Shown one piece after another: positions 49,601-63,950 of a stretch of 64,000 nt of DNA. A program made the position numbers and the translations under genes. Source of the DNA: Azolla caroliniana (Eukaryota; Plantae; Polypodiophyta); the NCBI GenBank assembly GCA_043228905.1, contig JBHGNT010000010.1, positions 4,588,001 to 4,652,000 on the forward strand. Direction: 5' to 3'. Under the pieces are notes generated by a model. The model did not search any database, was not told the DNA's origin, and saw only the letters and a program-made list of their open reading frames with translations. Within the stretch, counting starts at the first letter, position 1. Every line of letters begins with the position of its first letter.

Positions 49601-52139
49601 ATGGAAATTTTCTTAGAGGAGTCTAAATTCGATCTTAACTGGGTGTACGGATGGCAGTCGTGCAGTTGGCTACAGGTTTGGGCCATATCTGGCAGAGGCT
49701 GTACCCCTCCTTATCAGTTATTGTGAAAATGCTTCTGAAAATGATGATGAGCTACGTGAAAATAGCCTTCAGGTATGTGCATCTACAAGTGCTTGACTTG
49801 GCTATGTCATGGAATTCTGCATAATGTACTCCTTTTACCTCTAATATGCAGGAGCATTTTCTCCTTACATGTATTTTAAAATACAGGCACTGGAAAGTTT
49901 TGTTTTGCGATGTGCTAGGGAGGTTACGCCATATTGTGAGGTGATTTTGGACCTTTCGCTTAAATATGTCAGCTATGATCCGAATTTCACCGATGATATG
50001 GATGAAGATCAGGATGAAGACATGAATGGTGATGAAGAGGAGGATGAGTAAGTTTTGAGTAATTTTCACCAGGTATTGGAGTTGACCAAAATGCATGCTT
50101 ATATATTCTTCTGGTTTACAGAGATAGTGGTAATGAGTATAGTGATGATGAAGATGTAAGCTGGAAAGTCCGCAGGGCTGCTGTTAAATGTCTTTCAGCA
50201 ATTATTATATCTCGTCCTGAAATAATGACAGTGTTGTATGGCAAGGTGCAACCACACCTCCAATAGAAAAAACTTTATTTTTTATTTGTTGTTTACCAAC
50301 AGAACCATAAACTCAGGGAGCTCTTTCAATGCTCTCTATGCGTGATCTCCAGTTATATCTCATGTTCTCATTCCTTTCTGTAGGCTTGCCCAAAATTGAT
50401 AGAGAGGTTTAAAGAGAGGGAAGAAAATGTGAAGGTGATAATATTACATTGTGTTCCCAAATCATTATTCTTTGTAAGTGCTCTATTTATTCTAAAACTG
50501 AGTGGTTTTTCAATTTCAGATTGATATTTTCAACGCCTTCTGTGACCTTCTTCGGCAGACTGCAAGCGTAACAAAAGGATCTGGAATTGTTGATCCTTCT
50601 AGGTATGCATTGCTTCATAACGTCAAACAGTCGGATTGGTGTTGATCTTAATGCTTATGTAGATTCAAATTTACATGACAGCCCGTTGCTTTTATTGGAG
50701 CAAGAGGTGCCCAAACTTGTGAAGTCTTTAAATAAACAGCTTCGAGAGAAATCCATTAAAACCAAGGTCAAGACAGATGATTCTTTATGTAATATTGTAT
50801 ATTAGCTTCTATACCATCAGGAGTTATTTTGTAAAGATTATTGCAGGTTGGAGTTTTTTCAGTATTGAAGGAGCTAGTGATAGTACGTCCCAATTGTTTG
50901 GCGGATCAAATTGCTTCACTGGTTCCAGGAATAGAGAGGGCATTGAATGTAGGGTTTTTGGCTAAATGAATTTCATGGGTAGAAGTTTTCACACTTCAAA
51001 TTAATAATAGATACATTTTATTTCATCTGACTGTATGTTTCGTTTTGTAGGATAAAGGTTCAAATTCCAATTTGAAGATAGAGGCATTAGTCTTTACTAG
51101 ACTGGTTATGATCTCTCATCCACCCACGGTATTTCATCAGCATGTGAAAGTAAGTAGCTCTTCATTCTCTTCAGTTCAAATGCTAATTATGGATTCCTTG
51201 TTAAGGATTTCTTTTATCTGCAGGAAATACTTGAGCCAGTACTTTCAGCAGTAGGTGAGCGATATTATAAGGTGACCGCGGAAGCTCTTAGAGTTTGTGG
51301 AGAGCTTGTAAAACTAATCCGGCCCAATGTTAATGAGGTGAGTAGGTCTAGACCTACTTGTAATCTTTTGCTTTCCTGCCATGTTAATTATTGATATTCA
51401 ACTATTTTCTTCTTCAGGTGCCTACATTTGATTTCAAGCTGTATCTGAAGCCCATCTATAGCTCCATTCTAAAGCGTTTAACAGCACAAGATCAAGATCA
51501 GGTATTCCACTATATTCTAAGTAGTTTATAATAATGCTAACTTGGAAAGGTTTTGGCACACTTAATCTTTGTAATCATTTTCACACTTGCCAATTTTCAG
51601 GAGGTGAAGGAATGTGCCATATATTGCATGGGCTTAGTCATTGCAATACTTGGTGATCACCTTAAAAATGAACTTGGCATCTGCTTGCCAATATTATTGG
51701 AGAGACTACGGAATGAAATAACCCGTTTGACTGCTGTTAAGGTTTATTAGACTTTATATAAAGAATAATCAATTGTCTTCTTTTCTGAAGTTTTTGTTGT
51801 GTGTGACAAGTCTGCTCTTCTGATGTTGTGAAGGCCTTCGCCACAATAGCGGAATCTCCTCTAAAGATTGATCTCTCATGTGTGTTAGAACAAGTTATTT
51901 TTGAACTAACTACATTCTTGAGGAAGGTATACACTCTTGTAGGTTAGAAACAGAATTGAACGCCAAATACTCTCTTACGTGAATAATAACCGTTACTCTT
52001 AATTTTCTTTGTTGTAGGCAAATCGTGCGTTGCGGCAAGCCTCCTTGTATACGTTGAATTCATTGCTTGTTGCTTATAGTGATCAAATTAGTAAGAACAA
52101 TCTTGAATCTGTTGTAACAGAGCTCTCTACTTTAATAAG
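46685..52139 (+). CDS. CAND1: Cullin-associated NEDD8-dissociated protein 1, 5' part (~693 aa). Exons: 46685-46714, 46861-47030, 48446-48656, 48754-48919, 49124-49253, 49658-49772, 49887-50047, 50122-50245, 50384-50434, 50520-50602, 50682-50766, 50847-50948, 51051-51149, 51224-51337, 51418-51501, 51601-51741, 51834-51926, 52018-52139
   Basis: Eighteen GT-AG-bounded exons with consistent phases. Motifs [55 protein letters not shown] and [17 protein letters not shown] 5' UTR exon donor is at 46421/46422. The remaining exons are not seen in the window. Confidence 0.95.
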
Positions 52140-52971
52140 GTATGCTTCCAAATACTCCCTTTAAATTCCTTCTTTGTTTATATACTTTCTTTCTAGTTTT
52201 ATGGACACTTACATTAGGCATGTGATTGTCTTTCAAGTGCTATAATGTAGTTCCATAATGCAATGGAGGTTCCTTAGGTCAATTTGCTTTTTAATAATTC
52301 GATTTGGCTGTTTGTGGACTACTGTCAAGTCTCTTCTCATTTTCAATTCTTGGAAGTTACTTTGATAGGCTCTAATGTAACTTCTAATCCAATATATGTT
52401 TGTTTCAGAAGTTAAAAGATGTCATCGATACATCTAAAGGCTGAAATACAAAAAATAAGGTTGAACTAGTATTAGGTAACCAAACCATTAAAGTAATTCT
52501 AAAGAAATGTTATGAGCCAGTGCAAAAATGCACTTCATATTAGAAAACGAAATGCAAACATGGGTAGAGGTAACTAAATATGCCAAAGCTCAAGCCGAGA
52601 AATAAAGAAATAAAAGGGAATGCTCCTTGTATAGCGGTCATCAAAAGTAGTCTCATAGATAGGTAGGAAGTGATGAATTCAACATTAGAAGAATCCCAAA
52701 GGAAAAGCTTGTGCTCCTTGTATAGCGGTTGTCAAAAGTAGCAGTACTCGTAGATAGGTAGGAAATGATGGATTCAATAGAAGAAAGCTTGTGCTTTGCA
52801 TTTGCAAGTTGTTGGATGGGTTGAAAAAGGAAGCCTACAAGAAGATGTCAGGAATCTCAGAATAAGGATTGAATATTTCAACTGCTTTGGCATGGAGGAT
52901 GGGAAGAGGTGAATCTAGGGTTAAGGCTTTAATCATTTGAGTCATGGACATGGAAAAGAAAAAGCTTTTCT

Positions 52972-55900
52972 TGTTGGAGGGTGGCAGCTCCAGCCCTGCA
53001 CTCTCTTTCATATTTATTATCTTTGTACTACATTCTCTCTTTTCTCAGATTCTTCTCTCTCTAGAATCTGCAACTCTTTAAATGCCTTCTCTCTCTAGAA
53101 TCTGCAATGCTTTAAATGCCTTTTCTCTCTTCTACCTTTTCCAAGATATTCCTAGTTTTTTGTACCTGTTTGGTAGTACAAGAGTCACTTAACTACCAAA
53201 CAACCATTTCACCCACATTCCCCAATTTTGTATAAATAGGCTATACCAGCCTCTTTTGTATAAGTTTTCATTTTCTTTTTTGCTACTTAAAACAAGCTCT
53301 ATTCCTTGGCTGTGTCTCTACTCTTTGCAACCATTTTTTCTACTGCTGTCTAACAGCCTTCTCACAGCTTGGCTGTGCCTATTTTGTTTTAAGTTTGTTG
53401 CTGCTGCTATTAACAGCTTTTCTCACATGGTATCAGAGCAGTGAGGTCTCCATATCCTCAGCCTGATTTTTTTTTGCCAAAGAGCACACAGATCTATCTT
53501 GGAGTTAGTGCACATGGATCTTTGTGGTCCCATGAAAACCACTACTCTTGGTGGTGCACGCTACTTCATGCTTATAATTGATGACTTCTCCCGCAAGGTT
53601 TGGGTTTATTTTCTTGTAGAAAAATCCCAAGCCTTCGCAAAATTTCAAGAATGGGTAGCTCTCGTGGAGAACGAGACATCGAAGAAAGTTCGAAAGATCA
53701 GGTCGGACAATGATGGAGAGTTTATCTCCAAAGCTTTCCACCATTTCTGCTCTCAACGAGGCATTGCTCGCCAATTTTCTACACCCAATACTCCCCAACA
53801 AAATGGAGTCGTGGAAAGGAAGAACCGGACAGTCCAAGAGATGGCTCGTACGATGCTATCTCAATCTGATCTTCCTCTATCGTTTTGGGGTGAAGCTGTC
53901 AACACAGCAGTCTACATCATCAACTGCTGCCCAACAAAAGTAGTTGCTAGAATGACGCCTGAAGAAGCATTTACAGGTGTAAAGCCCTCGGTATCTCATT
54001 TTAAAGTCTTTGGTTGTGATGCTTATGTTCACATTTCAGATCATAAAAGGACGAAATTTGAGTCCAAAACCAAGAAATGCAAATTTCTTGGTTACAGCAT
54101 ACAGGTTATGGGATTTAGAGTCAAAGTCCCTAGTCATATCTAGGGATGTTCATTTTGTGGAGTCTCAGCCGGATGACTCTAGGATTTTACCTGAGTTCAT
54201 GGTTGAAATCCAAGCTCCTCCGGAATCTCCTATTTTAGACGAAGATGTCTCATCTTCAAGCCCCCCATCTCCTCCTACTCAATCTCTAACTTCGCCAACA
54301 ATTCAAACCTCTCCCTCAACTCCACTTGTTTCCACTCCCTCTACAAACCAGCTTCCACCACTTCCCAAGTGGCTTCAAGCCACCATTCGTGATTCTCATC
54401 TCTCCGATGCTGAACTTCATGAGTATACATCTGGTTCTCGAACACGTAAGTCACAACGGCCTCTTCACTCATGCAACTTTGCCTTATTGTGCACTGTTGT
54501 GCAATCAAAAGAACCCACAACAGCAAAAGAGGCCCTTGTTCTTCCAAAGTGGAAAGCAGCAATGGAAGTTGAACTTGATTCCATTGAGCGGAATCATACA
54601 TGGGAGCTGGTCCCACGGCCTCCACATCGACAAGTCATTGGATTGAAATGGATTTTCAAGACCAAATACCATGCTGATGGTACTTTGGATAAGCACAAGG
54701 CACGTTTAGTGGCAAAAGGCTACTCACAAGTTGAAGGAGTGGATTATGTGGAAACTTTTGCTCCAACAGCAAGGTACACATCTATCCGATGTGCGCTTGC
54801 ACTTGCTGCTCACAACAAATGGGCCATTTTTCAAATGGATGTCAAGTTAGCCTTCCTTAACGGTGACTTGAAAGAGGAGGTTTATGTTGAACAGCCTCCA
54901 GGTTTCGAGATTTTAGAGCAGAAAAACACGGTCTACAAGTTACACAAAGCCTTGTATGGCTTAAAGCAAGCTCCCAAAGCTTGGCATGACAAAATTGATA
55001 GCTTCTTTCTTTCTCTTGGGTTTCAAAACTGTAATGCTGACAGCAATCTCTATGTTTTTTCCCAAGATAATTTGCTTTGCTTGATCATATTATATGTTGA
55101 CGACCTTCTAATTACAGGGTCCCTTGCATCTAAAATCGAGGAGGCTCGCGCTGACCTCAAAACAACCTTTGAAATGACTGATCTAGGACTTCTCCATTAT
55201 TTCATAGGGATGGAGGTCTATCAATCACATGGTGGTATCTTTCTCAGCCAACATAGGTATCTCATGCAGCTCCTTGAGACCTATAACATGACAAATTGCA
55301 AGCCACTCTCCTGTCCAATGGATCCAAACTCAAAGCTATCTCGTGAAGACGATTCTCCCATATTTGAGGATATCACGAAATATAGGAGATTAATCGGGTC
55401 CCTTCTTCACTTAACTTATACCAGGCCTGATTTGTCCTATAGCGTGAGTATTCTCAGCCAATTCTCAACTGCTCCAAGACAAAGTCATTGGCAAGCAACT
55501 ATTTGAGTTCTTCGGTATTTGGCCAACACACTCGACTATGGTCTATCTTTTAGAGGCAGCATTGAGCTTGTTGGCTACTCAGATGCTGATTGGGCAGGTG
55601 ATATTGATTCTAGAAGGTCCACATCTGGCTATTGTTTTATGTTAGGTTCAGGCTTGATTTCTTGGAAATCGAAGAAGCAAAACTCAGTTTCTACTTCATC
55701 GACGGCAGCTGAATATCGCGCCTACTTGGATACTTGCTGTGAGTTGCTATGGTTGATGCAATTGTTTTCTCACATTGGTGTTTTGCAAGCCTCTCCTATT
55801 GCAGTTTTCACCAACAGCCAAAGTGCACGTGCCTTGGCACATAGCTCAGCATTTCATGGTAGAACAAAACACATCGAAGTGCACTACCATTTTGTTCGTG

Positions 55901-56469
55901 ACTTAGTGAAATCACAAGTCATCAACTTGGCATATTGCCCTACTCAAGAAAATGTGGCTGATTTATTTACTAAGCCACTTCCAAGGCAAGCCATTGATCA
56001 ACTCCTTGATCGACTCAATGTTGGACTGCCGTTCTGGAGCTGAGAGGAGGTGTTGGAGGGTGGCAGCTCTAGCCCTGCACTCTCTTTCATATTTATTATC
56101 TTTGTACTACATTCTCTCTTTTCTCAGATTCTTCTCTCTCTAGATGCAATGCTTTAAATGCCTTTTCTCTCTTCTACCTTTTCCAAGATATTCCTAGTTT
56201 TTTGTACCTGTTTGGTAGTACAAGAGTCACTTAACTACCAAACAGCCATTTCACCCACATTCCCCAATTTTGTATAAATAGGCTATACCAGCCTCTTTTG
56301 TATAAGTTTTCATTTTCTTTTTTGCTACTTAAAACAAGCTCTATTCCTTGGCTGTGTCTCTACTCTTTGCAACCATTTTTTCTATTGCTGTCTAACAGCC
56401 TTCTCACAGCTTGGCTGTGCCTATTTTGTTTTAAGTTTGTTGCTGCTGCTATTAACAGCTTTTCTCACA
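52972..56469 (+). mobile_element. Ty1/Copia element (element E), internally deleted for gag-PR, in a CAND1 intron
   Basis: LTRs at 52972-53427 and 56051-56469. PBS TGGTATCAGAGC (53428-53439), PPT GAGAGGAGG, TSD TTTCT / TTTCT. INT (ELVHMDLCGP, QQNGVVERKN), RT (YVDDL) and RNase H (GYSDADWAGD, RTKHIEV), with a frameshift and a stop. Confidence 0.95.
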
Positions 56470-56749
56470 TTTCTAATCGAAAGAATGACACTCAAGGGCG
56501 ACAATAATTTTAGATGAAAATCTCACGCCAACTCAAGTAGCACATTGTAAAGAAAACATGCCATAAGTGCTTCATGCAATTCATACTAGAAAATCAGCTG
56601 CCTATAAATATGGCAACCCATAATCTTACAGAGAAGAAATTTGCATATAGTGTATCATCTACGATACCTTACACGTGATAATGTATGATCCATGCATCCT
56701 TGAAAGTTAAGATGTTGCAATTTGTCACTCCCCACCTACCTACTTGAGG

Positions 56750-58388
56750 CATGCACCTAATGGAGAATCACAAATTTACCATTATATGTCGATGCTGTAA
56801 GATTCACTAGTGTGGAGGATGTAATGCTATTAGGGAGCATCAATGCAAGAACTAAGGATGAACAAACAACTTTGTTTTGACAAGTGCACGATATGAACAA
56901 AGTAATGGAATATAGCAAACACTTTCTAGCCCTTGGTACTTGGTAGTTCACATGGATTCGTTGTATACAATGGTTTGGTAGAATGGCCAAGACCATATCT
57001 TTTTTGATGCTGGAACCGCAAGGGAGATGCAAGCACAATTGTTTACTTGATGGAATCTCCATCTTTTCTGTTCAAGTTACACATTTCACAATCTATAGTA
57101 GACCTATTTGCTTGGCAACAAGTAATGCATATCTACAATTTAAGGTGAAGGATGGGTGCCAAAAGATTGCACATGCGAAGAATAAGATTGGGCATACTAA
57201 ATACCAATTTACTCGGGAGACAATTGATGCGTGTAATTGTAGAGTATACAATGGTGTGCTTGATTTGGATCCTTTCACATCCCTAGAGGAAACCACACGA
57301 GGGCTGTCAAAGTCATTGCAATATGTAGTTACAAATGCCTTTCCGTACACCACAATCGGTAATTCATCCAAATTTGGATGTAGAGGTATACTACTTACTC
57401 CTAGAACTAGACAAAGAGTATGGAAAATGTTTAATGAGAGGCAACCTAGCACACAACTTACCTCACCTCAGGCTTGGTGTGAATGTGCAAACATACTCCT
57501 ATTACATTTTCTAGTAGAACCCGCTCTCCCCACCCACATGACTCAACCATTTTTACTCCACAAAAGGTGAGAAATGCTATTGACATGTTACAATTTGGAA
57601 AGGTCCGAGATTAAAATAGATTGGTAGGCGATCATTTTATCTTATGGTTGTGAAATTGTGCCTTTGCTTCTGGTGCATGTCTTTGATAGAGTTGTGTGAA
57701 GACTTCCTGATTAGCTGGACAAAACATACCGTTGTACCAATCTCCAAGAGTGGGGGTTCCATATTATTTTGAAATCGTAGTACTATCACTATTGGCAATT
57801 ACTCGGCTAAACTATAGTTGGAATTGAGTGAAATTGAACTTTTGCTTTGCGAATGAGAATGAAAAGTGAGCCCAAATCAACAGAAGAATCTCGGAGTTCA
57901 TAAGACATGGGGATGCCTATGATCACATGTAGTTGTGAATCAGGTCTTTCACACTTAGTCAACGACTAACTTCTTGGGCTCAAGCAAGATGCAACAAAGA
58001 CAGTTTGTGACTACATCTGAAGCACTTAGAGCCTACACACCAATTTCGAACCTGGTTACAAAATGAAGGATTAATAAACCCATGAGCAGGTTCATCAGTA
58101 GGTTATACAACAAAGCTATCCATAATTTTTTATAGCTCAAAGGTGTGATTTGTTCTTTGGCTCAAAGAATGGCTATTGTTCAGCTGGACAAGCAAGATTT
58201 CTGAAGAACTCATACTTTGGTCTCATATTGACCCTCCGAGCCCTTATATGGAGGAAAGAGCTAATAAAAGGATCATGTATGTATTACAGCTTTGTGGATT
58301 TCTTGAAAGTCTTTGACCCTATATTCCACGCTTTCTACAGTGATGAGAAGCCCTTGGAGTTCCATAAATGTGTGATGGGGAATCTATG
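56750..58388 (+). mobile_element. Decayed LINE fragment, paralogous to 60800-63950
   Basis: Shares WKMFNERQP(S/T)TQ(L/V)TSPQ with 61209-61403. RT remnant SFVDFLKVFD. Confidence 0.65.
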
Positions 58389-58701
58389 TGTAAGGGTTTG
58401 GAATGATGTCAATAGGGCTGAGGAATACCCAGGATTCACCCTAGTATAGGCTCTTTAGATGCAACCGTGGAGCTATAGTAGAAAAGGTAGAGAGAGAGCA
58501 GTAGTTGGAGGAGCTCACCTTTGAAGTGAGATCCAAAAGTTTTTAACTTAGGTTTTATATGACCCATTTAGGGTTGGGCAAATTCACACTGAACTTGGCC
58601 CAAAAAATAAGGAAAAAGTGATTAGAGACTTTTGGCCTTTATAAATAGGCCTATACACATTTACACACTATAAGGGGTCATTTAGGGCCTTTACCCCAAC
58701 A
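58389..58701. mobile_element. Probable solo LTR, 313 bp
   Basis: TG...CA termini (TGTAAGGG...CCCCAACA) flanked by a perfect 5-bp TSD CTATG (58384-58388, 58702-58706), interrupting LINE sequence. Confidence 0.7.
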
Positions 58702-58946
58702 CTATGCACTATATGAATTAATGTAAGAAAAAGTGTACATTTCTATTAGTTTGTTGGAGGTTGTGGGTGAGGCAATTGGATTATAACAAGGATGCCAACT
58801 ACCACCCACTCTCGGTGGTCTTTATATAGATGAGACCATAGAACGTATTATTTATGTTCGTGCAAGCATTCCAAAGTTTGGAAACGAACACGTTTGAAAT
58901 GGGAAAAATACGTGCTCCTTTTTTTTTCATTTATTATCATTACAAT

Positions 58947-59430
58947 TTAGCTCACCCTAGTGGTAAGGAGTCTTGCTATTGCTGTCTATGTCTTGGGTTC
59001 GATTCCCAATTGTCTCATCTCTTTCTCTCTCTCTCTCATTAGTACCATGTCATAGCAAAATTTTATGTTAGTGTTATAATAGTTTTTTTCTTTTATTTTT
59101 TTATTATTACAACTAAGCACAACCTAGTGGTAAGTTGTTGTGCTACTATTACTTGTGTCTTGGGTTCAATTCCCAACTTTCTCATATCCTCTTGTTAGTG
59201 TCATGGCAAAATTTTATGTTAGTGTCATGTTCCTTTTTCTTCTGTTTCTTTCTTTCTTTGTTATTAGAAATTAGCTCACCCGAGTGGTAAGTTGTTATGC
59301 TACTACTGCCTATGTCATGGCAAAATTTTATGTTAGTGTCATGTTCCCTTTTCTTTCTTTCTTTCTTTCTTTGTTATTAGAAATTAGGTCACCCTAGTGG
59401 TAAGTTGTTATGCTAATACTACCTATGTCA
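58947..59430 (+). repeat. About 4 degenerate tandem units with a tRNA-like (SINE-like) head
   Basis: Units start TTAGCTCACCCTAGTGGTAAG. The first two contain a B-box GGGTTC(G/A)ATTCCC. Confidence 0.5.
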
Positions 59431-60418
59431 TGTTTTCTTCATATTCTCGAATATACGTTTTATGAGTTTTTGAATGTTTGATTATAATTCATAATGACAT
59501 ATTTTGATTCAATCTCTAGAGTTCATAGTCATTTTTTTGTAAAGTTCTAAAGTGAGGATGATAGAGATGTCTTGATTTGCATCCCAAAAGTATGCATGTG
59601 ATACAATGCAAATATTGCAACCATACTTATGTTGGTGGTTCACAATGGATTAGAGTGCACTTATTAGGATTGAGAGTGAATCAATATATAAAATAAACCC
59701 TAGTCAATCCAATCCAATCCAACTTTGAGATGATTTACCATACACGTTTGATTGAATCATTCTCGAATGCAAATGCACGTATGATACGTATGGTTCATTC
59801 TATGGATGAGACATGTAATTTACGTAGAGATTTTGGTTGGTTTAGGAGCATGCTTAGTAAGGGTAGCCATATGTATACTAGTATATACTGGTGACATTAT
59901 GTTGATCTCGGACTCTTTGGAAGGACTGCAAAGACATCTAAATGCTTAAGTAATTTTTTTTACACAAATAATTGTAGGTCAGTTTTAATGAAACAAATTG
60001 ATGGTGTTTAACACCATATAAGCATGGGTAAAGGTGACATACGCAAGAACTTGAACATGACAGAAATAGAAAATAATAGAGTTATATGAGCTGATAGCAT
60101 CAAATTGAGAAATGAAAGAACATACATGAGCCCACATCTATTGGTAGGAAAATGGTCCACTATAAGGCACTCTATTTAAACATGTCGCAAGATGGGTTTA
60201 TGAGTAAACCTTCTTCAATGGAGTTGGATAGACACACATCTATGTCATGCGTTTTGCAAAGTGAGAGGGCAACTAAAGACCTCTTCAATTAGTAAGAAAT
60301 AGACATACACATATATGCATGCAAATCTGTGGAAGAATTGATTTGCTAACTTCAATACCATCAGAATGTGGAATAAAATGAACACTGCTTGTCACTTCAC
60401 TATGCATTGTAATGGAAA

Positions 60419-60577
60419 ATACCAATGGTGATTGAAAAATAAAGGTCACTATCACTTGGCACCAAAGGTGTTTCCCTTGCTTTGGTGATCGCTCCACAAA
60501 TACCAATGGTGATTGAAAAATAAAGGTCACTATCACTTGGCACCAAAGGTGCTTCCCTTGCTTTGGTGATTGCTCCA
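60419..60577. repeat. Tandem duplication, 2 copies of ~81 bp
   Basis: ATACCAATGGTGATTGAAAAATAAAGGTCACTATCACTTGGCACCAAAGGTG...GCTCCAC occurs twice. Confidence 0.85.
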
Positions 60578-60799
60578 CGCGTGCTCGACACAAGAAAGGA
60601 AGGAAACTGGGCTGTAGATAGAGATGGTAAGGCCATCATTACAGAGAAGAGAAGTGCATGATGACATATGGCCTATGAGACCTTACACATGACTATATGG
60701 AATTGCGACGGCTTTGTACGGACAGATGTCCGATATTTTTAAGACACTGTAAAAAACACAGATATTTCTATGTATACAAAGACCCACCAATGCATGGCT

Positions 60800-63700
60800 A
60801 GCAAACTCTTGGATGGATATAGATGGGAGTCAAAAGGGATGTATATGCTAAGGAGAGTGGGCTAGCTAAGTAACAATTTACTCGAGAGATAATTGATGTG
60901 TATAGTTGTGGAGTATACAAAGGCATGCTAAAATCCTTCACACCCCTAGATGAAGTTACACATGGATCATCAAAGTCATTGCATAAAGCAGCCACAAATG
61001 CCTTTCCTCACACAACATACAATGTCCCCATACTTGATAAAGTCATACAAAATAGTTAGTATGATGAGGAATATCGTGATACAAATTGATGCTTGTAGTG
61101 TGAAGTAACTCGAGGCATTTAAACACACAAATAAGCAAGCGCAATGTTCCAACGCCTCGTGAGGAAGAAGAAGATATTGTATTTAGCTAAATTTAAAGAC
61201 CATTTCTATTGCAGTTTTTAGGACAAGAAAGTAAAAGAGCATGGAAAATGTTTAATGAGAGGCAACCTACCACACAGGTGACCTCACCTCAGGTGTGGCA
61301 TAAATATGCTAAGATCCTATATGATATCCTAGGACAGCCTTCACTTCCCCACCCACATGGCTCATGCCCTCTTGAATCCACCTTTTTTACATACAAAATG
61401 TAAGAAATGCCATTGATCGGTTACAATTTGGGAAGGCCCAGGATCATGATGGATTGGTTGGTGCGCATTTCATCAATGCCCATGACATCCTGCTTCCATT
61501 GCTAGCACGCATCTTTAAAAGAGCCATGGGTGAAGGTTTCCCTACTAGATGGACAAACCATACCATTCCATGAAATGTAAGAAATGCCATTGATTGGTTA
61601 CAATTTGGGAAGGCCCAAGATCATGATGGATTGGTTGGTGAGCACTTCATCTATGCCCATGACATCCTGCTCCCATTGCTAGCATGCATCTTTAAAAGAG
61701 CCATGTGTGAAGGTTTCCCTACTAGATGGACAAACCATACCATTGTGCCAATCCTTGAGAGTAGAGACACCCCATGATGCCAAGCAACTATAGGAAAATC
61801 ATGATTGGCCATTGCTTGGCTAAACTATATGGCTTGATTCAAGAGTTAGAATTGTGTATATGGGCAGTGCAAAATCGCTGCCATTTAGCTGGATAGGCAA
61901 GCTTTCGGAAGGGGTTGACACCTTTGGATCACATATTGACCCTCCAAGCCCTTATCGAGGAGGTCAGACCCCATAATAAGAGGATTTCTTGCTTTTTCGT
62001 GGATTTTTGAAAAGCCTTTGATACTGTGGCGTGTCCCTACAGATATGCAATGGGGAATCTATGCATGGTATGAATCTATGTCAGGAAAAGTGCAGTATCC
62101 CAAGGGTTTGTCAAAGGCGGTGGCTAGCACAATCAAAGTGAAACAACGATGCTCACTCTTGTGCACTCTCTGTGGTCATCTATATAGATGAGGTATCACG
62201 TTACATAGAGAGATTCAGGGGTTCGGGTATAGTGGGTATAGCTATACAAATATTACTATATGCTGATGATATTGTGCTGATTTCTGACTCTCCGAAGGGA
62301 CTACAAAGACATCTAAATTTCTTAAAACTATTTTGTATGGACAAAGGTTTGTCGATAAACATGGATAAAACTAAAGTGATGGTGTTTAACACCACTCAAG
62401 CATGGGTAACAAGATCAGAGCCAGAATTCTTCTTGGGAGAGAAGGTGGAATACACACGCTCCTACACATACCTAGGAGTAACATTTATAGGGCCTAGGTT
62501 CTCCTTATGGGAGGTTGCTTGTGCCTGACTTTCTCATGGATATGCAGCCCTTGGTGCTCTCGAAAGACAATGTGCACATTTGCAGTTCCAAGAGCCACGA
62601 ACTAATTTGTGGTTATTTGATACACTTTGTGACACCAACTCTTCTCTATGGAGTTAAAATGTGGCAAATCATTGGAAAGATTTAGAGAGACCTTCAATGT
62701 CAATGATTGCCCACATGAGAAGGAGCAAAGCATTGATGCCTTATGATATAATTTGACAATTCCGGCAGAGATGGGAGCAGCCCCGATAATCACCGAGGCA
62801 TTATTTCGATCAGCGACCTGTATCCAAGGAGCTCCCTAAAGGAAGTTACTCAAGCTTAGCACTTATGTCATCAAAACAATCAGCTGAACATGGAGACATT
62901 CATTGTTGGTATGTTGAAATGCAGCAATGGTTTGAGTCACATGGCATTAGCATAAATGCACTAATCCCATTCCAATATAGCTTGGATTGTCCCCGGCTAA
63001 ACATGACCAAAGTGAAAAAGAATAGAGTGATCCCAACTGATATTATTAACTTGGAAAACAAGATAACATGGATCAGCCCCAAAATATCACTTGGTATGAA
63101 GATGGCCCACTACAAGGCACTTTATACTGTGAGAAAAGCTGTTAATAGCAGCAGCGGAAGAGTTAGAACAAAATAGACACAGCCAAGCTGTGAGAAGGCT
63201 GTTAGACAGCAGTAGAAAAATGGTTGCAAAAATAGAGCTTGTTTTTAAGTAGCAACCAAAGTAAAAAAGTCTTTACAAAAGAGGCTGGTATAGCCTATTT
63301 ATACAAAATTGGGGAAAGTGGGTGAAATGGTTATTTGGTAGTAAAGTGGCTCTTGTACTACCAAACAGGTACAAAAAACTAGGAATAAAAGGGAATATCT
63401 TGGAAAAAGTAGAAGAGAAAAAAAGGCATTTAAAGCATTACAAATTCTAGAGAGAGAAGGCATTAAAGGAGTTGCAGATTCTAGAGAGGGAAGAATTTGG
63501 GAAGGGAGAGAATATAGTACAAAGATAATAAAGATGAAAGAGAGTGCAGGGCTGGAGCTGCCACCCTCCAACATATACACACATCGGAGGATGGATTCAT
63601 CATTAGGCCACCTTATATGGGCATACATCTATAATATGCATTGTGCAGTGTGATAAGGCAACTATGAACTTCATCACATCAGTTAGAGATTGAGGTCGCT

Positions 63701-63950
63701 AGATATGCACAAATACCTCTAGAAGGAAGAATTTGCTAATTGTGTCATCAAGGAGTGGAATGGGAAGAACACTATGTTTGTCATTGTAGTGTCTTTTATG
63801 AAATAAGAGGGAGATACCATTGCCTCTTTAAACAAGGTTTTGGCCCACTACACAAGGTAATGGAATATGAGGACCAATGTTGCCAAGGACTTTTCTTGCT
63901 AGAACTCAAAAGACACAGGGAAAAGTCGTTGAACGACAATAGTACAGCCA
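60800..63950 (+). mobile_element. Decayed non-LTR retrotransposon ORF2 (RT and C-terminal Cys/His domain) with a 178-bp tandem duplication at 61397-61744
   Basis: RT motifs FVDF*KAFDTV, ILLYADDIVLI, INMDKTKVMVF and YTYLGV. C-terminal GRIC*LCHQGVEWEEHYVCHC near 63720-63790. Confidence 0.85.
63128..63573 (-). mobile_element. Solo LTR of the element E Copia family
   Basis: Reverse complement of the 52972-53427 LTR (diverged), flanked by a perfect TSD TATAC / TATAC, inserted in the LINE. Confidence 0.92.
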
